The notes beneath the pieces are model-generated. The model was given only the letters and a program-made list of their open reading frames with translations. It was not told the origin of the DNA and ran no database searches. DNA of 64,000 bases from positions 4,722 through 68,721 of the forward strand of contig CAZDOR010000001.1 in the NCBI GenBank assembly GCA_964507105.1. The letters are read 5' to 3'. Position 1 is the stretch's first letter, and every line of letters begins with the position of its first letter. Shown here piece after piece: positions 32,101 to 41,020 of this stretch. The stretch is from an uncultured Candidatus Saccharibacteria bacterium (GTDB lineage Bacteria; Patescibacteriota; Minisyncoccia; Minisyncoccales; PWPS01). Position numbers and translations under genes: made by a program.

Positions 32101-32325
32101 ATTCGCATTTTCATATTTGGATTCCTCCAACTTATAATTGGAAAACTCAATCTCCCATTCCTTTCCCGAATAATCCTTCATCGGTGAAGCTTCTTCAAAT
32201 AATTTTTCCAAGCGCTGATCCCAAAACTCTTGCCAACTTTTCTTTTGAAGATCCAAAAGGTAAGGAAGATCTAAAATATTTTTTCTATGCCCGAAATTTT
32301 TTACTTTTTGCATGTTTATACTCAT
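29125..32325 (-). CDS. rpoB: RNA polymerase beta subunit
   Basis: HYGRICPIQTPEG, GDKLSGRHGNKG, GGQRFGEME. Confidence 0.99.
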   Translation of the reverse strand: MSINMQKVKNFGHRKNILDLPYLLDLQKKSWQEFWDQRLEKLFEEASPMKDYSGKEWEIEFSNYKLEESKYENANEARENNDSYTAPLKVEVELKNLETETTKKQEIFLCDFPLMSERGTFIVNGVERVAVSQLIRSPGAFFTAEEKKGKKVFGAKIIPNRGTWLEFISEPDGFVGVKIDRRRKVPATTLLRALGVGKKEMKKGTDAEIKKLFADVDKSDISHINKTLERDPSKNRKEAVMEIYRRMRPGEAVTPDPAKELVENTFFNFDRYDLSEVGRWRTWQRLPELKPEEERDITTEDRTLTTEDVIAVIREIIRLNNDPEAEEDKIDHLGNRRVRAFTELLENKLRVSLMRIDRNVKDKISTAEDDDLNPSKLINARPFASAVQKFFSSSAISQFMDQENPLAELEHKRRLTATGPGGLTRERAGFEARDVQASHYGRICPIQTPEGSNVGLVNHFSLYSRVNRYGFVETPYYKVEDGKITDQVDYLDAHEEEKYNITHGGIEIKNGKIVKDRVEARTGGEPTMVDKKEIDYIDVAAEQLVSVAASVIPFLQNDDANRALMGANMQRQAVPLLKPNPPLVGTGIEKKVAQDSGHAVLAKADGEVTYVDGEKITIKANDGKKYDHELETFSHTNNYTCFHQKPTVDKGDKVEKNEVLSDGGSIAEGRLALGQNALVAFLPWRGYNFEDAIVVSERLVKDDVYTSVHIENFTCDVRETKLGPEETTSDIPNVSEEKLKDLDEEGIIRIGAEVGPGDILVGKISPKGKAELTPEERLLKAIFGEKAKDVKDSSLRMKHGKRGRVVGIKVFSREKGHKLDTGIIKKVEVRVAQMRKIKTGDKLSGRHGNKGVISTVLPEEEMPFLEDGTPVDVVLNPLGVISRMNIGQIMETHLGLAAEELNYLAETPALSGATNEDIKKELKKAGYPEDGQLKIYDGRTGKPFPRKVTVGYMYLLKLIHMIEDKIHMRAIGPYSLITQQPLGGKAQFGGQRFGEMEVWALQGYGAAHTLQEMLTIKSDDVPGRAAAYEAILKGEDIKKPNLPASFQLLLSEMKAIGLNIQVKKEK

Positions 32326-32450
32326 TTAACAAACAAAACAGCCCTACTTCCCGTAGAGTAAAAATTTTATTTTTATTAATAATAAAGTAACTTGATCAAA
32401 GACTGAGCGTTAGTTGCTTTGCGAAAGCGAAAAACTTACTTGCGGTTCTT

Positions 32451-32479
32451 ATTTTACTTTTTTTAAAAAGTTTTGTCAA
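32451..32479 (-). promoter_or_regulatory. rpoBC promoter
   Basis: TTGACA-N17-TAAAAT, giving a leader of about 120 nt. Confidence 0.7.
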
Positions 32480-32482
32480 GTA

Positions 32483-33568
32483 TCAGTTACTATTATATCG
32501 TATGCTTTCAAAAATTCCAAGCCCGGCAAAGAAAAGAAGCATCGATCCGCCTCCGTAGCTGGCAAAAGGAAGAGGAGTTCCCATTATGGGTAAAATACCT
32601 AAATTCATTCCCATATTAACAAAACTCTGAAAAATAAACATTATCAAAAATCCGGAAACGAACAGCCGGGGAAAATTGGAGTTGCTCTTGAATATTACCA
32701 AGAGCATTCTCCAAACGATGAGAGCGATCGATCCGACCAGCAATAAAACGGCAACAAACCCCATTTCTTCAGCTATGGCGGCAAAAATGAAATCGGTATG
32801 AGGCTCGGGTAAAAATCCGTATTGGGTTTGACTGCCCTCTTTTAACCCCTGCCCCCAAAAACCTCCGTTCCCTATCGCTATTCGAGCATGATTTCCACCC
32901 CATCCTATCCCCTGCGGATCAACTTGAGGGTCGATAAAGCTGATTACTCTGTCTCTTTGATAGTCCTGCATGACAAAACCCCAAACTAACCCGAGAGAGA
33001 GGGAGGTCGCAATACACAAGGCTATAAAATGTCTCAATCTAATCCCCGAAATTAAAAGAATTCCACCCCATAAAACCAAAAAGATGATCGCCGTGCCCAA
33101 ATCGGGCTGCCTAAATACCAGGTAAGTAGGAATAAAGGCATAAATTCCGGAGAGAATTATATGTCTTACCTTGTAAAGCTCTATGTGACGATCCGAAAAG
33201 TACTTGGCTAACAAAATAATCAAGGTCAATTTTGCGAACTCGGCGGGAGCAATCATGATCGTTCCCAGGCGAAACCAGCGACGAACATTTCTTATTTCGG
33301 GCCCAAAAAAAAGCACTCCGACAAGCAGAGCTATCGCAAAAAAATAAATCACCAAAACCAAAAAAGAGTTCTCTCGAAAGGATCGCCAGTCAAAAAAAGA
33401 AATAATGAGGCAAAGAAAAACACCGGTGAAAAAAAATAATAGCTGTCTGGAAGCAGCCTGACTGCCCGTTGAGCTGTATATGGAAAGAATTCCAATACAA
33501 AATATTAGAATCACCGACCCGAAAACAAAAGGATCAAAATGAAAAATTCTTTTCAGTAAAGATTTCAT
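32483..33568 (-). CDS. rodA: SEDS peptidoglycan glycosyltransferase (RodA-like)
   Basis: RQPDLGTA, LPEPHTDFIF, PFASYGG. Confidence 0.88.
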   Translation of the reverse strand: MKSLLKRIFHFDPFVFGSVILIFCIGILSIYSSTGSQAASRQLLFFFTGVFLCLIISFFDWRSFRENSFLVLVIYFFAIALLVGVLFFGPEIRNVRRWFRLGTIMIAPAEFAKLTLIILLAKYFSDRHIELYKVRHIILSGIYAFIPTYLVFRQPDLGTAIIFLVLWGGILLISGIRLRHFIALCIATSLSLGLVWGFVMQDYQRDRVISFIDPQVDPQGIGWGGNHARIAIGNGGFWGQGLKEGSQTQYGFLPEPHTDFIFAAIAEEMGFVAVLLLVGSIALIVWRMLLVIFKSNSNFPRLFVSGFLIMFIFQSFVNMGMNLGILPIMGTPLPFASYGGGSMLLFFAGLGIFESIRYNSN

Positions 33569-35628
33569 ATCATTTTTTTAAATCGGTTCTCCTCTATTAT
33601 GGGAATATTTCTTTTTTCGGCTTCATCCAACTTCGATCCCGGATTATTACCGACAACGAGGAAGTCCGTGTTTCCGGAAACGGAAGAAGCCACTCTGCCA
33701 CCCGCCGAGCGTACTTTTTTCTTGGCTTCTCTCCTGGTAAAAGAGTTGAGTTTTCCAGTAAAAACGAAAGTTTTGGACAGGTTATTTTTTTTCTTTTTTG
33801 GGTTTTTTATTTTCACTCCCGCGGATTGTAGTTCATCGATTAATTTTTTATTCTTTTTTTCAGCAAACCACATTTCAATCTTTCGGGCCGTGATCGGTCC
33901 TATATCTTCAATTTTCAATAAATCTTCTTCTTTAGCTTTTTCCAAAGTTTTCAAGTTTTCGAATTCATTAGCCAAATCAACAGCCGTCCTTTCTCCGACT
34001 CCCTCAATGCCCAATGAATATATAAATCGAGAAAGAGATATTTGTTTGCTGTCTTCTATCGATTGAATTAGATTTTTAGCTGATTTTTCGGCGAACCGAT
34101 CAAGCGGGAGAAGATCTCTCTTTTCGAGTTTAAAAAGATCAGCGGGAGTAGAAACCAATCCCCGGGCAATCAATTGTTCAATAACTTTTTCACCCAGTCC
34201 TTCTATATCAAAAGCCGACTTGGAAACGAAATACTTCAAATATTCCCGGTTTTTCGCCTCGCAGTCAACGGAAGGACATCTTTTAACCACCTCACCATCC
34301 GGCTTAACGAACTGGGTTCCGCACGAAGGACAACGGCCCGGAAACTCAAAATCTTCTTCCTCACCGGTCCTCATTCCGCTTAAAACGTTTACCACATACG
34401 GTATAACGTCTCCGGCTCTTCCCACAACCACGATATCACCAATTTTAACTCCCAATCTTTCTATCTCATCTTCATTGTGAAGGCTGGCCCGGGTTACGGT
34501 AACTCCTCCGATCCGGACCGGATCAAGAACAGCTACCGGGGTAGCGCTTCCCGTCCTGCCTATTTGGATTTCTATGTCCTTCACTTCGGTTGTCGCTTTT
34601 TTTAGGGGAAACTTGTAGGCAATCGCTCCACGGGGAGCTTTTCCAGTCACTCCCAACCGGTCAAAAAGACGATTGTCATCAACAAAAACAGCTACCCCGT
34701 CCATTTCATATTTAATGGATTCTCTCTGCTTAATCGCCTCCTCTCTGAATTGAAAAACTCCATCCAAACCGGAACATTTCTTTTCTTCCGTAGTTTTGAA
34801 TCCCAGTGCTCTAACCATTTCATGTTCGGTCGCATGATTTTCGGCACCGAAGGGAGTAACAGTTTCGGCGGAAGAAAGGTCGGCGGTTAACTCATAGGCA
34901 AAAAAATCAAGATTCCTATCAGCAACGACTTTCGGATCGAGTTGCCTTATCGAGCCGGCGGCCAGATTCCTGGGGTTGGCATAAGGTGACTCACCATCCT
35001 TTTTTCTTTTTTCATTAATTTTTTCAAACTCTTCACGAGAAATAAAAACCTCCCCTCTGACAACCAAATCTTTTGATGCTTCCAACCAATTCTGATTATC
35101 GGACAATTTCTTCTCCTTATCGGTAAACAGAGCGGGGTCTCTCAATCTCAAAGGGATCGCTTCTATCGTTTTAACATTTTTAGTTACATCCTCACCAACA
35201 ACTCCGTCTCCTCTGGTGGAAGCGACGGAAAGAACAGAGTCCCGATAAACGAGTTCAAGAGCCAATCCATCCACCTTGTGTTCACAAAAAAACCGGTTTA
35301 TCTTTTCTCCCGCTTTGCGTTCCAGTCTTTCTTTCCACTCTCTCAAGTCTCGTCTTGAAAAAGCATCCAAAAGAGAGAGCATGGGAGAAAAATGTTCATA
35401 TTTTTCAAATTTATCGAGTGGCTTCCCTCCGACTCTTTGAGTGGGAGAGTCTTTGGTCACCAGTTCCGGGAACTCATTCTCCAGATCAAAAAGCTCTTTT
35501 TTCATGAAATCGAGAGCTTCTTCCGAAATTTCTTGTTTATCTTTTACATGATAAAGGTACCGATGTTTCTTTATTGTTCTTTTTAGTCTCTCTATCTTTT
35601 TTTCAGCTTCCTTTTTATTCATTTCCAT
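33565..35628 (-). CDS. ligA: NAD-dependent DNA ligase
   Basis: SPTQRVGG, KVDG, ANPRNLAAGS, C-terminal BRCT. Confidence 0.98.
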   Translation of the reverse strand: MEMNKKEAEKKIERLKRTIKKHRYLYHVKDKQEISEEALDFMKKELFDLENEFPELVTKDSPTQRVGGKPLDKFEKYEHFSPMLSLLDAFSRRDLREWKERLERKAGEKINRFFCEHKVDGLALELVYRDSVLSVASTRGDGVVGEDVTKNVKTIEAIPLRLRDPALFTDKEKKLSDNQNWLEASKDLVVRGEVFISREEFEKINEKRKKDGESPYANPRNLAAGSIRQLDPKVVADRNLDFFAYELTADLSSAETVTPFGAENHATEHEMVRALGFKTTEEKKCSGLDGVFQFREEAIKQRESIKYEMDGVAVFVDDNRLFDRLGVTGKAPRGAIAYKFPLKKATTEVKDIEIQIGRTGSATPVAVLDPVRIGGVTVTRASLHNEDEIERLGVKIGDIVVVGRAGDVIPYVVNVLSGMRTGEEEDFEFPGRCPSCGTQFVKPDGEVVKRCPSVDCEAKNREYLKYFVSKSAFDIEGLGEKVIEQLIARGLVSTPADLFKLEKRDLLPLDRFAEKSAKNLIQSIEDSKQISLSRFIYSLGIEGVGERTAVDLANEFENLKTLEKAKEEDLLKIEDIGPITARKIEMWFAEKKNKKLIDELQSAGVKIKNPKKKKNNLSKTFVFTGKLNSFTRREAKKKVRSAGGRVASSVSGNTDFLVVGNNPGSKLDEAEKRNIPIIEENRFKKMI

Positions 35629-35629
35629 T

Positions 35630-36007
35630 TTATTTTTCCCTTCTCACTTCAATGCCTCTGGCCACCCCTCCATACTTACCGACGGAAACCACGACAAGTT
35701 CACCATTTTCCTCATCTCTCCGAACCCGAAAGGTTTCTCCTTCCAGCAAATTATCACCCAACTCTTCATCCCACCGGACTTCGTCCTCGCCAAGATCATC
35801 ATCATCGAAATCACCCCACCGATAAAGAAGCATTTCGATTCCGGCATCAGCAGCATAAAAAGAACGGATAGAATAGTTCATTTCCTCGATAAGTGCTATT
35901 CTTTGAACTAAAACGGTGGATACAACCAGGCCAGCACTAAAAAGTATTCCCAAAATAAGAATTGCATAATATATAACCGATCCCTTTTGTTTTTTATTTT
36001 TATTCAT
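35630..36007 (-). CDS. PilX-like minor pilin
   Basis: QKG/SVIY leader, hydrophobic helix, FYAADAGIE; alternative start 36028. Confidence 0.75.
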   Translation of the reverse strand: MNKNKKQKGSVIYYAILILGILFSAGLVVSTVLVQRIALIEEMNYSIRSFYAADAGIEMLLYRWGDFDDDDLGEDEVRWDEELGDNLLEGETFRVRRDEENGELVVVSVGKYGGVARGIEVRREK

Positions 36008-36017
36008 TTTTAAAGAT

Positions 36018-36623
36018 TTATTCGTCATCCCTTTCTATATCCAAACTTCTTCTGGTTATGGTGCTTTGAAGCTTAACATCCCACCATCCGATATCGGTTT
36101 CCTCAACCTCCAAATGAACAGTAGCGGACGGCTGATCCTCGTAGAGAGTTCCGTCTCCGTCGGGATGAACGTTTACATAAACGTAAAAGTCTCTTATATC
36201 CAAAAATCCGGAGGTTAAGTCATAATCACTCCAATCTCCGCCTTCTCTTATTCCTTTTTTCATAACCCCATCATCTTCATCCAAAAAAAACCGAACACAC
36301 TTTTCTTCCCGGTTTTCATCGATGTACATGAACTGAAGAGCCTCTCCGACTCCATCGTCCCCCCCGGGAACATCGTAAGTGTAATAAGCGTTATCGCTTC
36401 CTATGCAATCGCCGGCATCATCGGTTATCGCCATCCGGGCCGTTCTGTTTATATATTCCATCACGTAACTTATCTCTCCCAAAGTTCTCTGAGTAGCCAT
36501 CGCCTTCCGTTGCATTCTTAAATTGGAAACGAAAATTCCGGTAATAACCGTAACCAAGCCGGAAAAAACTCCGATAACCACCAAAATCTCAATTAATGAA
36601 AATCCCTTGTTTTTATCATTCAT
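36018..36623 (-). CDS. Minor pilin (PilW-like)
   Basis: KG/FSLIEILV N-methylation motif. Confidence 0.82.
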   Translation of the reverse strand: MNDKNKGFSLIEILVVIGVFSGLVTVITGIFVSNLRMQRKAMATQRTLGEISYVMEYINRTARMAITDDAGDCIGSDNAYYTYDVPGGDDGVGEALQFMYIDENREEKCVRFFLDEDDGVMKKGIREGGDWSDYDLTSGFLDIRDFYVYVNVHPDGDGTLYEDQPSATVHLEVEETDIGWWDVKLQSTITRRSLDIERDDE

Positions 36624-37203
36624 ATTCCCACTCTCTTAAGTACCAATTGAATAATTTCGTAGAAGCCCTGTGTTCGTATTCTTCACCTCTCTCTTCCCAG
36701 GTGACGACCACCTCCACTTTAAGATATTCGGCATCTTCCCCGTCAGGAAAATAATTGCTCTCCTCGTGTCTTTGAAGTATCACCTTTCTTCTAAAAGGTG
36801 TTCCTTCCGCTCCCTGGTAACTGAAAAGTCCGTTACCATCTATCCGCAGAGGTTCATCGTAATCACTTCCCACTTCTTCTTCATCGTAGGTTACGCTCAC
36901 CTCGACTTCCTCCATATCGTCGTGCTCTTCTTCGGTCAAAAGCCCTTTGGTCCAGCGGCGCGGATCCTCACCCGGATCCTGCATTTCCGAATAGGCGATA
37001 TTGAAGTTTTTATCTCGTATTCGTCGGGTTATTTCGAAAGCGTCTTGAGTAAGATAGCCGGCGGTAAGCTTCGAGGAAAGAGGCATGGTATCGGTAAAGG
37101 AATTTATTATCACCGACATAACCGCCAAAAGACCTATGGTTATAATTCCTATCGTCAAAGTCAATTCGATTATCGTCATCCCGTTTTCTTTTTTCGTAAA
37201 CAT
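36616..37203 (-). CDS. Minor pilin (PilV-like)
   Basis: NG/MTIIEL motif; C-terminal VEVVVTW. Confidence 0.8.
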   Translation of the reverse strand: MFTKKENGMTIIELTLTIGIITIGLLAVMSVIINSFTDTMPLSSKLTAGYLTQDAFEITRRIRDKNFNIAYSEMQDPGEDPRRWTKGLLTEEEHDDMEEVEVSVTYDEEEVGSDYDEPLRIDGNGLFSYQGAEGTPFRRKVILQRHEESNYFPDGEDAEYLKVEVVVTWEERGEEYEHRASTKLFNWYLREWEYE

Positions 37204-37207
37204 GATT

Positions 37208-37708
37208 TTATCGCTTTTGAACTAATCCAACACGATTAATTTCCACTACGACCGGATCCTCATCTCCGTATGTCAAATTGAGTTCCACCTCGATGGAGTC
37301 CCGGTCCAGTTTTTCCCATTCGTCATCCGCTTCATCCCACTCCCAAAATTGAACTGACATGTACGGAGGCTGGAAACCGACTCTCTTTTCGTTCCCGTCG
37401 GTAATTATCACATTTTCTTCGAATCTTTGAAATCGCTCACTGTCGGTATCTCTAAGAAGATAAAAGCCTTCTTCGACAAAATCAACGGTGAAATAATCAA
37501 CTTGTTCATCGTCCTCATCGAGCACCTCGGTCGCGGAAAGGGACATTCCTCGAACGGTTTCAAGTGAACCAACCAGCACGTCCGCCTGGTCGTTAATCAG
37601 AGTTCCTCTTCCCGATTGACGATAACCGACAAAAGCGATTACCGAAATTATGGCAATCAGAGATGTGCTGACGATCAGCTCCACTATACTGAAACCTTTT
37701 GAGTTCAT
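37208..37708 (-). CDS. Minor pilin (FimT/FimU-like)
   Basis: KG/FSIVELIV; ATG overlaps the pilD stop. Confidence 0.8.
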   Translation of the reverse strand: MNSKGFSIVELIVSTSLIAIISVIAFVGYRQSGRGTLINDQADVLVGSLETVRGMSLSATEVLDEDDEQVDYFTVDFVEEGFYLLRDTDSERFQRFEENVIITDGNEKRVGFQPPYMSVQFWEWDEADDEWEKLDRDSIEVELNLTYGDEDPVVVEINRVGLVQKR

Positions 37709-38487
37709 ATTAAAAAATTTAAATACCAATCGATGATCATTTCACCGAAAAAAAGAGTGATAAAAGTCCCGACTATCAAAAAAGGTCCGAAAGGCACTTT
37801 ATCTTTTCTACTCTTTTTTCCGGTCAATATAAGGATCACTCCAATTATAGCACCTATGAGAAAAGAAAAAAACAACCCGACTATCACCTCGAGTCCCAAA
37901 AAAATACCCATAAAGAGGGAATAACGCACATCACCGAAGCCCATCCCTTTACCGTCGGTAAGAAAATATATCGAATAGAAAAAAAGAAAGGAGATCAATC
38001 CGGCTAAAAGATAATCAATTAAAATTTTCGGTCGGGACGAAAAAAAAGCGGGGACCGAGACAAAAACGAGAGCGGCCAAAATCAAGGGATAAATCACCTT
38101 GTTGGGCAGAATATAATGTTTTAAATCGTAAACGAAAAGAACGACCAGTCCGGAAAAAATAAAAAGGCTCAAGAAAAAAAGAAGGGCGGTCGAAACGGAC
38201 ACCGGCGGATAGAGGAAAAAAGCACCCAAAAAAAGTAGTCCCGTTGCCAGTTCTACCAGTGGATATTGAAAAGAAATTTCTTGCCCACAGCTTTTACACC
38301 GGCCGGCCAAAAAAAGATAAGATAAAATCGGAACGAGCTCCAAAGCGGAAAGGGTTTCTTCACACCGGGGACAAAAAGAACGGCCCGACAAACTTTTTTC
38401 TTTTTTTAGTCTGTAAATAAAGCAATTCAAAAACGAACCGACTATCAGTCCGGAAATAAAAATGTAGATAATTATCAGCTTTTCCAT
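37705..38487 (-). CDS. pilD: Prepilin peptidase (A24)
   Basis: GSFLN, RSFCPRC, GRCKSC, GMGFGD, PFGPFL. Confidence 0.96.
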   Translation of the reverse strand: MEKLIIIYIFISGLIVGSFLNCFIYRLKKEKSLSGRSFCPRCEETLSALELVPILSYLFLAGRCKSCGQEISFQYPLVELATGLLFLGAFFLYPPVSVSTALLFFLSLFIFSGLVVLFVYDLKHYILPNKVIYPLILAALVFVSVPAFFSSRPKILIDYLLAGLISFLFFYSIYFLTDGKGMGFGDVRYSLFMGIFLGLEVIVGLFFSFLIGAIIGVILILTGKKSRKDKVPFGPFLIVGTFITLFFGEMIIDWYLNFLI

Positions 38488-38493
38488 TTTTAT

Positions 38494-38525
38494 AAAAAAG
38501 AAAGGGTCCGGCTAAACCGGACCCT
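38494..38525 (-). terminator. Terminator after major pilin 1
   Basis: AGGGTCCGG/CCGGACCCT stem plus T tract on the minus strand. Confidence 0.75.
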
Positions 38526-38543
38526 CTCAATTCTTAGTCTTAA

Positions 38544-39059
38544 CTACCCTTCAAATTGGTTATCGAAGAGCTCGTCACAATCAGTTTCAGTGCCAACACT
38601 AGTGCCACCAGTGCCATAATACCTACCGGCATCACCGTCACTGTCTACACAATAATAAACCGTATCTCCACCATCCGTTTCATCGGCACAAAGCGGAGCC
38701 CAGGCGGCATAACTTTGGGCTTGATCACTGTCTTCGATGGTCAGCTGATATTCTTCAGTGGTTTCCGAATGTTCACCTTCCATTCCTCCGTCTTCCAAAA
38801 GAGCGACACTGCAAGGGGGGATTTGTTCCGCTATATTGGTCCATCCGTCGTGGTCTTCATACCCAAAATAAGCACCTCCCGAGTCGTAGTAATACTGCTC
38901 GGCGTTACTTCTTATTTGAGAAAGTTCGGACCTGATTTGAGTATCGTAGGCCGATTCTCTGGCTCCCCTGATCGAAACGAAGGCAATACCGGACAAAATA
39001 CCGATGATCGCGATTACGACCAGAAGCTCAATTAATGTGAAACCTTTTTCTTTATTCAT
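38544..39059 (-). CDS. Type IV major pilin candidate 1
   Basis: KG/FTLIELLVVIAIIGIL; four Cys including YCVDS; own promoter and terminator. Confidence 0.92.
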   Translation of the reverse strand: MNKEKGFTLIELLVVIAIIGILSGIAFVSIRGARESAYDTQIRSELSQIRSNAEQYYYDSGGAYFGYEDHDGWTNIAEQIPPCSVALLEDGGMEGEHSETTEEYQLTIEDSDQAQSYAAWAPLCADETDGGDTVYYCVDSDGDAGRYYGTGGTSVGTETDCDELFDNQFEG

Positions 39060-39096
39060 TCTTTTAATCGATTAACTTGTAATCGTCGACCTTTTT
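38867..39096 (-). repeat. 230-bp direct repeat, copy 1 (pilin 5' UTR plus N-terminal part)
   Basis: Matches 39521-39750 (offset 654) by eye. Confidence 0.9.
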
Positions 39097-39113
39097 ATAT
39101 TTCTTTCTACTTA

Positions 39114-39141
39114 ATTATATAAAAAACAGAATTGCTGTCAA
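39114..39141 (-). promoter_or_regulatory. Consensus promoter of pilin 1
   Basis: TTGACA-N16-TATAAT. Confidence 0.8.
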
Positions 39142-39142
39142 T

Positions 39143-39172
39143 AAAAAAAGACCCGAACAAATCGGGTCTTTT
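39143..39172 (-). terminator. Terminator after major pilin 2
   Basis: AAAAGACCCGA-ACAAA-TCGGGTCTTTT. Confidence 0.8.
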
Positions 39173-39188
39173 AGCTTTTTTCTTTCAA

Positions 39189-39713
39189 TTACCCCTCGAA
39201 TCTCTCATCAAAAATTTCTTCACAGTCAGTTTCGCTACTATCTTGGAATCCGGTCCATCTGTCGGCATCACCGTCACTGTCTACGCAATAATAGACTTCG
39301 TCACCATCATCGTCATCGGCACAAAGCGGAGCCCAGGCGGCATAACTTTGGGCTTGTTCACCGTCTTCGATGGTTATTTGATAAACCTCTGTCGCGTCAT
39401 CAAAATCAGTATAGTCCTCACTGTTATCTCCGGTGTTAGTGCCGGCTTCTTGAAGAGCTACACTGCAAGGGGGGATTTGTTCGGCCAAGTTGGTCCATCC
39501 GTCGGAAGTCGAATATTCGTAATAAGCACCTCCCGAGTCGTAGTAATACTGCTCGGCGTTACTTCTTATTTGAGAAAGTTCGGACCTGATTTGAGTATCG
39601 TAGGCCGATTCTCTGGCTCCCCTGATCGAAACGAAGGCAATACCGGACAAAATACCGATGATCGCGATTACGACCAGAAGCTCAATTAATGTGAAACCTT
39701 TTTCTTTATTCAT
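39189..39713 (-). CDS. Type IV major pilin candidate 2
   Basis: First 64 aa identical to pilin 1; divergent acidic C-terminal half. Confidence 0.92.
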   Translation of the reverse strand: MNKEKGFTLIELLVVIAIIGILSGIAFVSIRGARESAYDTQIRSELSQIRSNAEQYYYDSGGAYYEYSTSDGWTNLAEQIPPCSVALQEAGTNTGDNSEDYTDFDDATEVYQITIEDGEQAQSYAAWAPLCADDDDGDEVYYCVDSDGDADRWTGFQDSSETDCEEIFDERFEG

Positions 39714-39750
39714 TCTTTTAATCGATTAACTTGTAATCGTCGACCTTTTT
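39521..39750 (-). repeat. 230-bp direct repeat, copy 2
   Basis: Matches 38867-39096. Confidence 0.9.
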
Positions 39751-39764
39751 TTTATGTCTCTGCT

Positions 39765-39792
39765 ATTATACTAAAAATTTAACTCTCTTCAA
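39765..39792 (-). promoter_or_regulatory. Promoter of pilin 2
   Basis: TTGAAG-N16-TATAAT. Confidence 0.65.
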
Positions 39793-39795
39793 AAT

Positions 39796-41016
39796 TTAAG
39801 CCATTCCCATTCCCATATCGTAGATAGGAAGAATTACCGAAACAACCAATCCTCCGACCAAAAAACCGAGAAGAATAATGAGCAAGGGCTCCGCAATCTT
39901 GACGAAATTATCGAGAGTTCTGTCGGTTTCGTTTTGATAAAATTCAGTTATGCTGGAAAGAACCTTTTCCATTTTTCCCGTTCTTTCTCCGACAATAAGC
40001 ATTTGAACTACCAGGGCCGGAAAGTAGTTGGGGTGTTTTCTGAGAGCGGAACTGATGTTTTTACCCTCTTTTACCGCCTTACCGGTCTCTCCGACTATTC
40101 TTTCGTAAACCGTGTTGCTGATTATGTCTTCCGTAATTTCCAAGGATTCCACTATATCCAACCCACTGGAAATCAAAGTGCTCATACTTTCCGAGAAATA
40201 AGCCAAATTGATCTTTTTGGTCAACTCACCAATAAGAGGAATTTTAAATAGAATATTATCGAAAGTCTTTTTTCCCTTGTCCGTCTTTATAATTCTGAAT
40301 AATCCGGCAAAAAAGGCAATTATTCCGCCCAATACGAATATGCCCCAATTGACGACAAAATCGGAAATGGAGATTACCATCTGAGTTATAAAAGGAATTT
40401 CCTGGTCCAGCTCCTCTATCATTTCAACCATGTCGGGAATAACGAAAATCAAAAGAAAAGTAACTACGAAACTGAAAACGAACACTATAAATAGGGGATA
40501 AATCAAAGCTCCCACTAATTTACTTTTAAACTCGCTCCTTCTTTTGATGTTTTTTTCCAGATATTCCAGGGACTCAGGCAATTTACCGGAAGCTTCTCCC
40601 GATTTTATAACACCGACGAAAAAGCGTGAAAAAACATCATCGTGTTTGCTCAACGCCCCGGAAAATGTTTCTCCTTCCTCTATTCTGTCGGCAACGTCTT
40701 CAATTTTTTTTCGAAGAGTCTTTTTTTCAATTTGTTTGTTTAAAATTCGAAGCGATTCAACTATTCCTATTTGAGAACCGAGCATAATCCCCAACTGCCT
40801 GCAAAACATAACCAAATCCTGGTCTTTCACTCTCTCCAAAAAACTCAAATCAAAATCAACTTTCCTTTCGTAAAAAGGAACCTTTTTTTCATCCAGAGAA
40901 AGAACATACAGATCTTTTTGTTGAAGATTCAGAAGGGCCTGCCCTTTGGAATCGGCCTCTATTTCACCTTCTCGGGCGTTTCCTTCCTGGTCTCTTGCTT
41001 TATATTCGAATTTCAT
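39796..41016 (-). CDS. pilC: Type IV pilus platform protein (PilC/GspF)
   Basis: GEASGKL, ALIYP, GERTGKM, EPLLIILLG. Confidence 0.95.
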   Translation of the reverse strand: MKFEYKARDQEGNAREGEIEADSKGQALLNLQQKDLYVLSLDEKKVPFYERKVDFDLSFLERVKDQDLVMFCRQLGIMLGSQIGIVESLRILNKQIEKKTLRKKIEDVADRIEEGETFSGALSKHDDVFSRFFVGVIKSGEASGKLPESLEYLEKNIKRRSEFKSKLVGALIYPLFIVFVFSFVVTFLLIFVIPDMVEMIEELDQEIPFITQMVISISDFVVNWGIFVLGGIIAFFAGLFRIIKTDKGKKTFDNILFKIPLIGELTKKINLAYFSESMSTLISSGLDIVESLEITEDIISNTVYERIVGETGKAVKEGKNISSALRKHPNYFPALVVQMLIVGERTGKMEKVLSSITEFYQNETDRTLDNFVKIAEPLLIILLGFLVGGLVVSVILPIYDMGMGMA

Positions 41017-41020
41017 TTTT

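Noticed and set aside
38544-39713. DGR template/variable repeat pair in the pilins
   Set aside because: Mismatches are not adenine-specific, indels are present, and there is no reverse transcriptase in the window.
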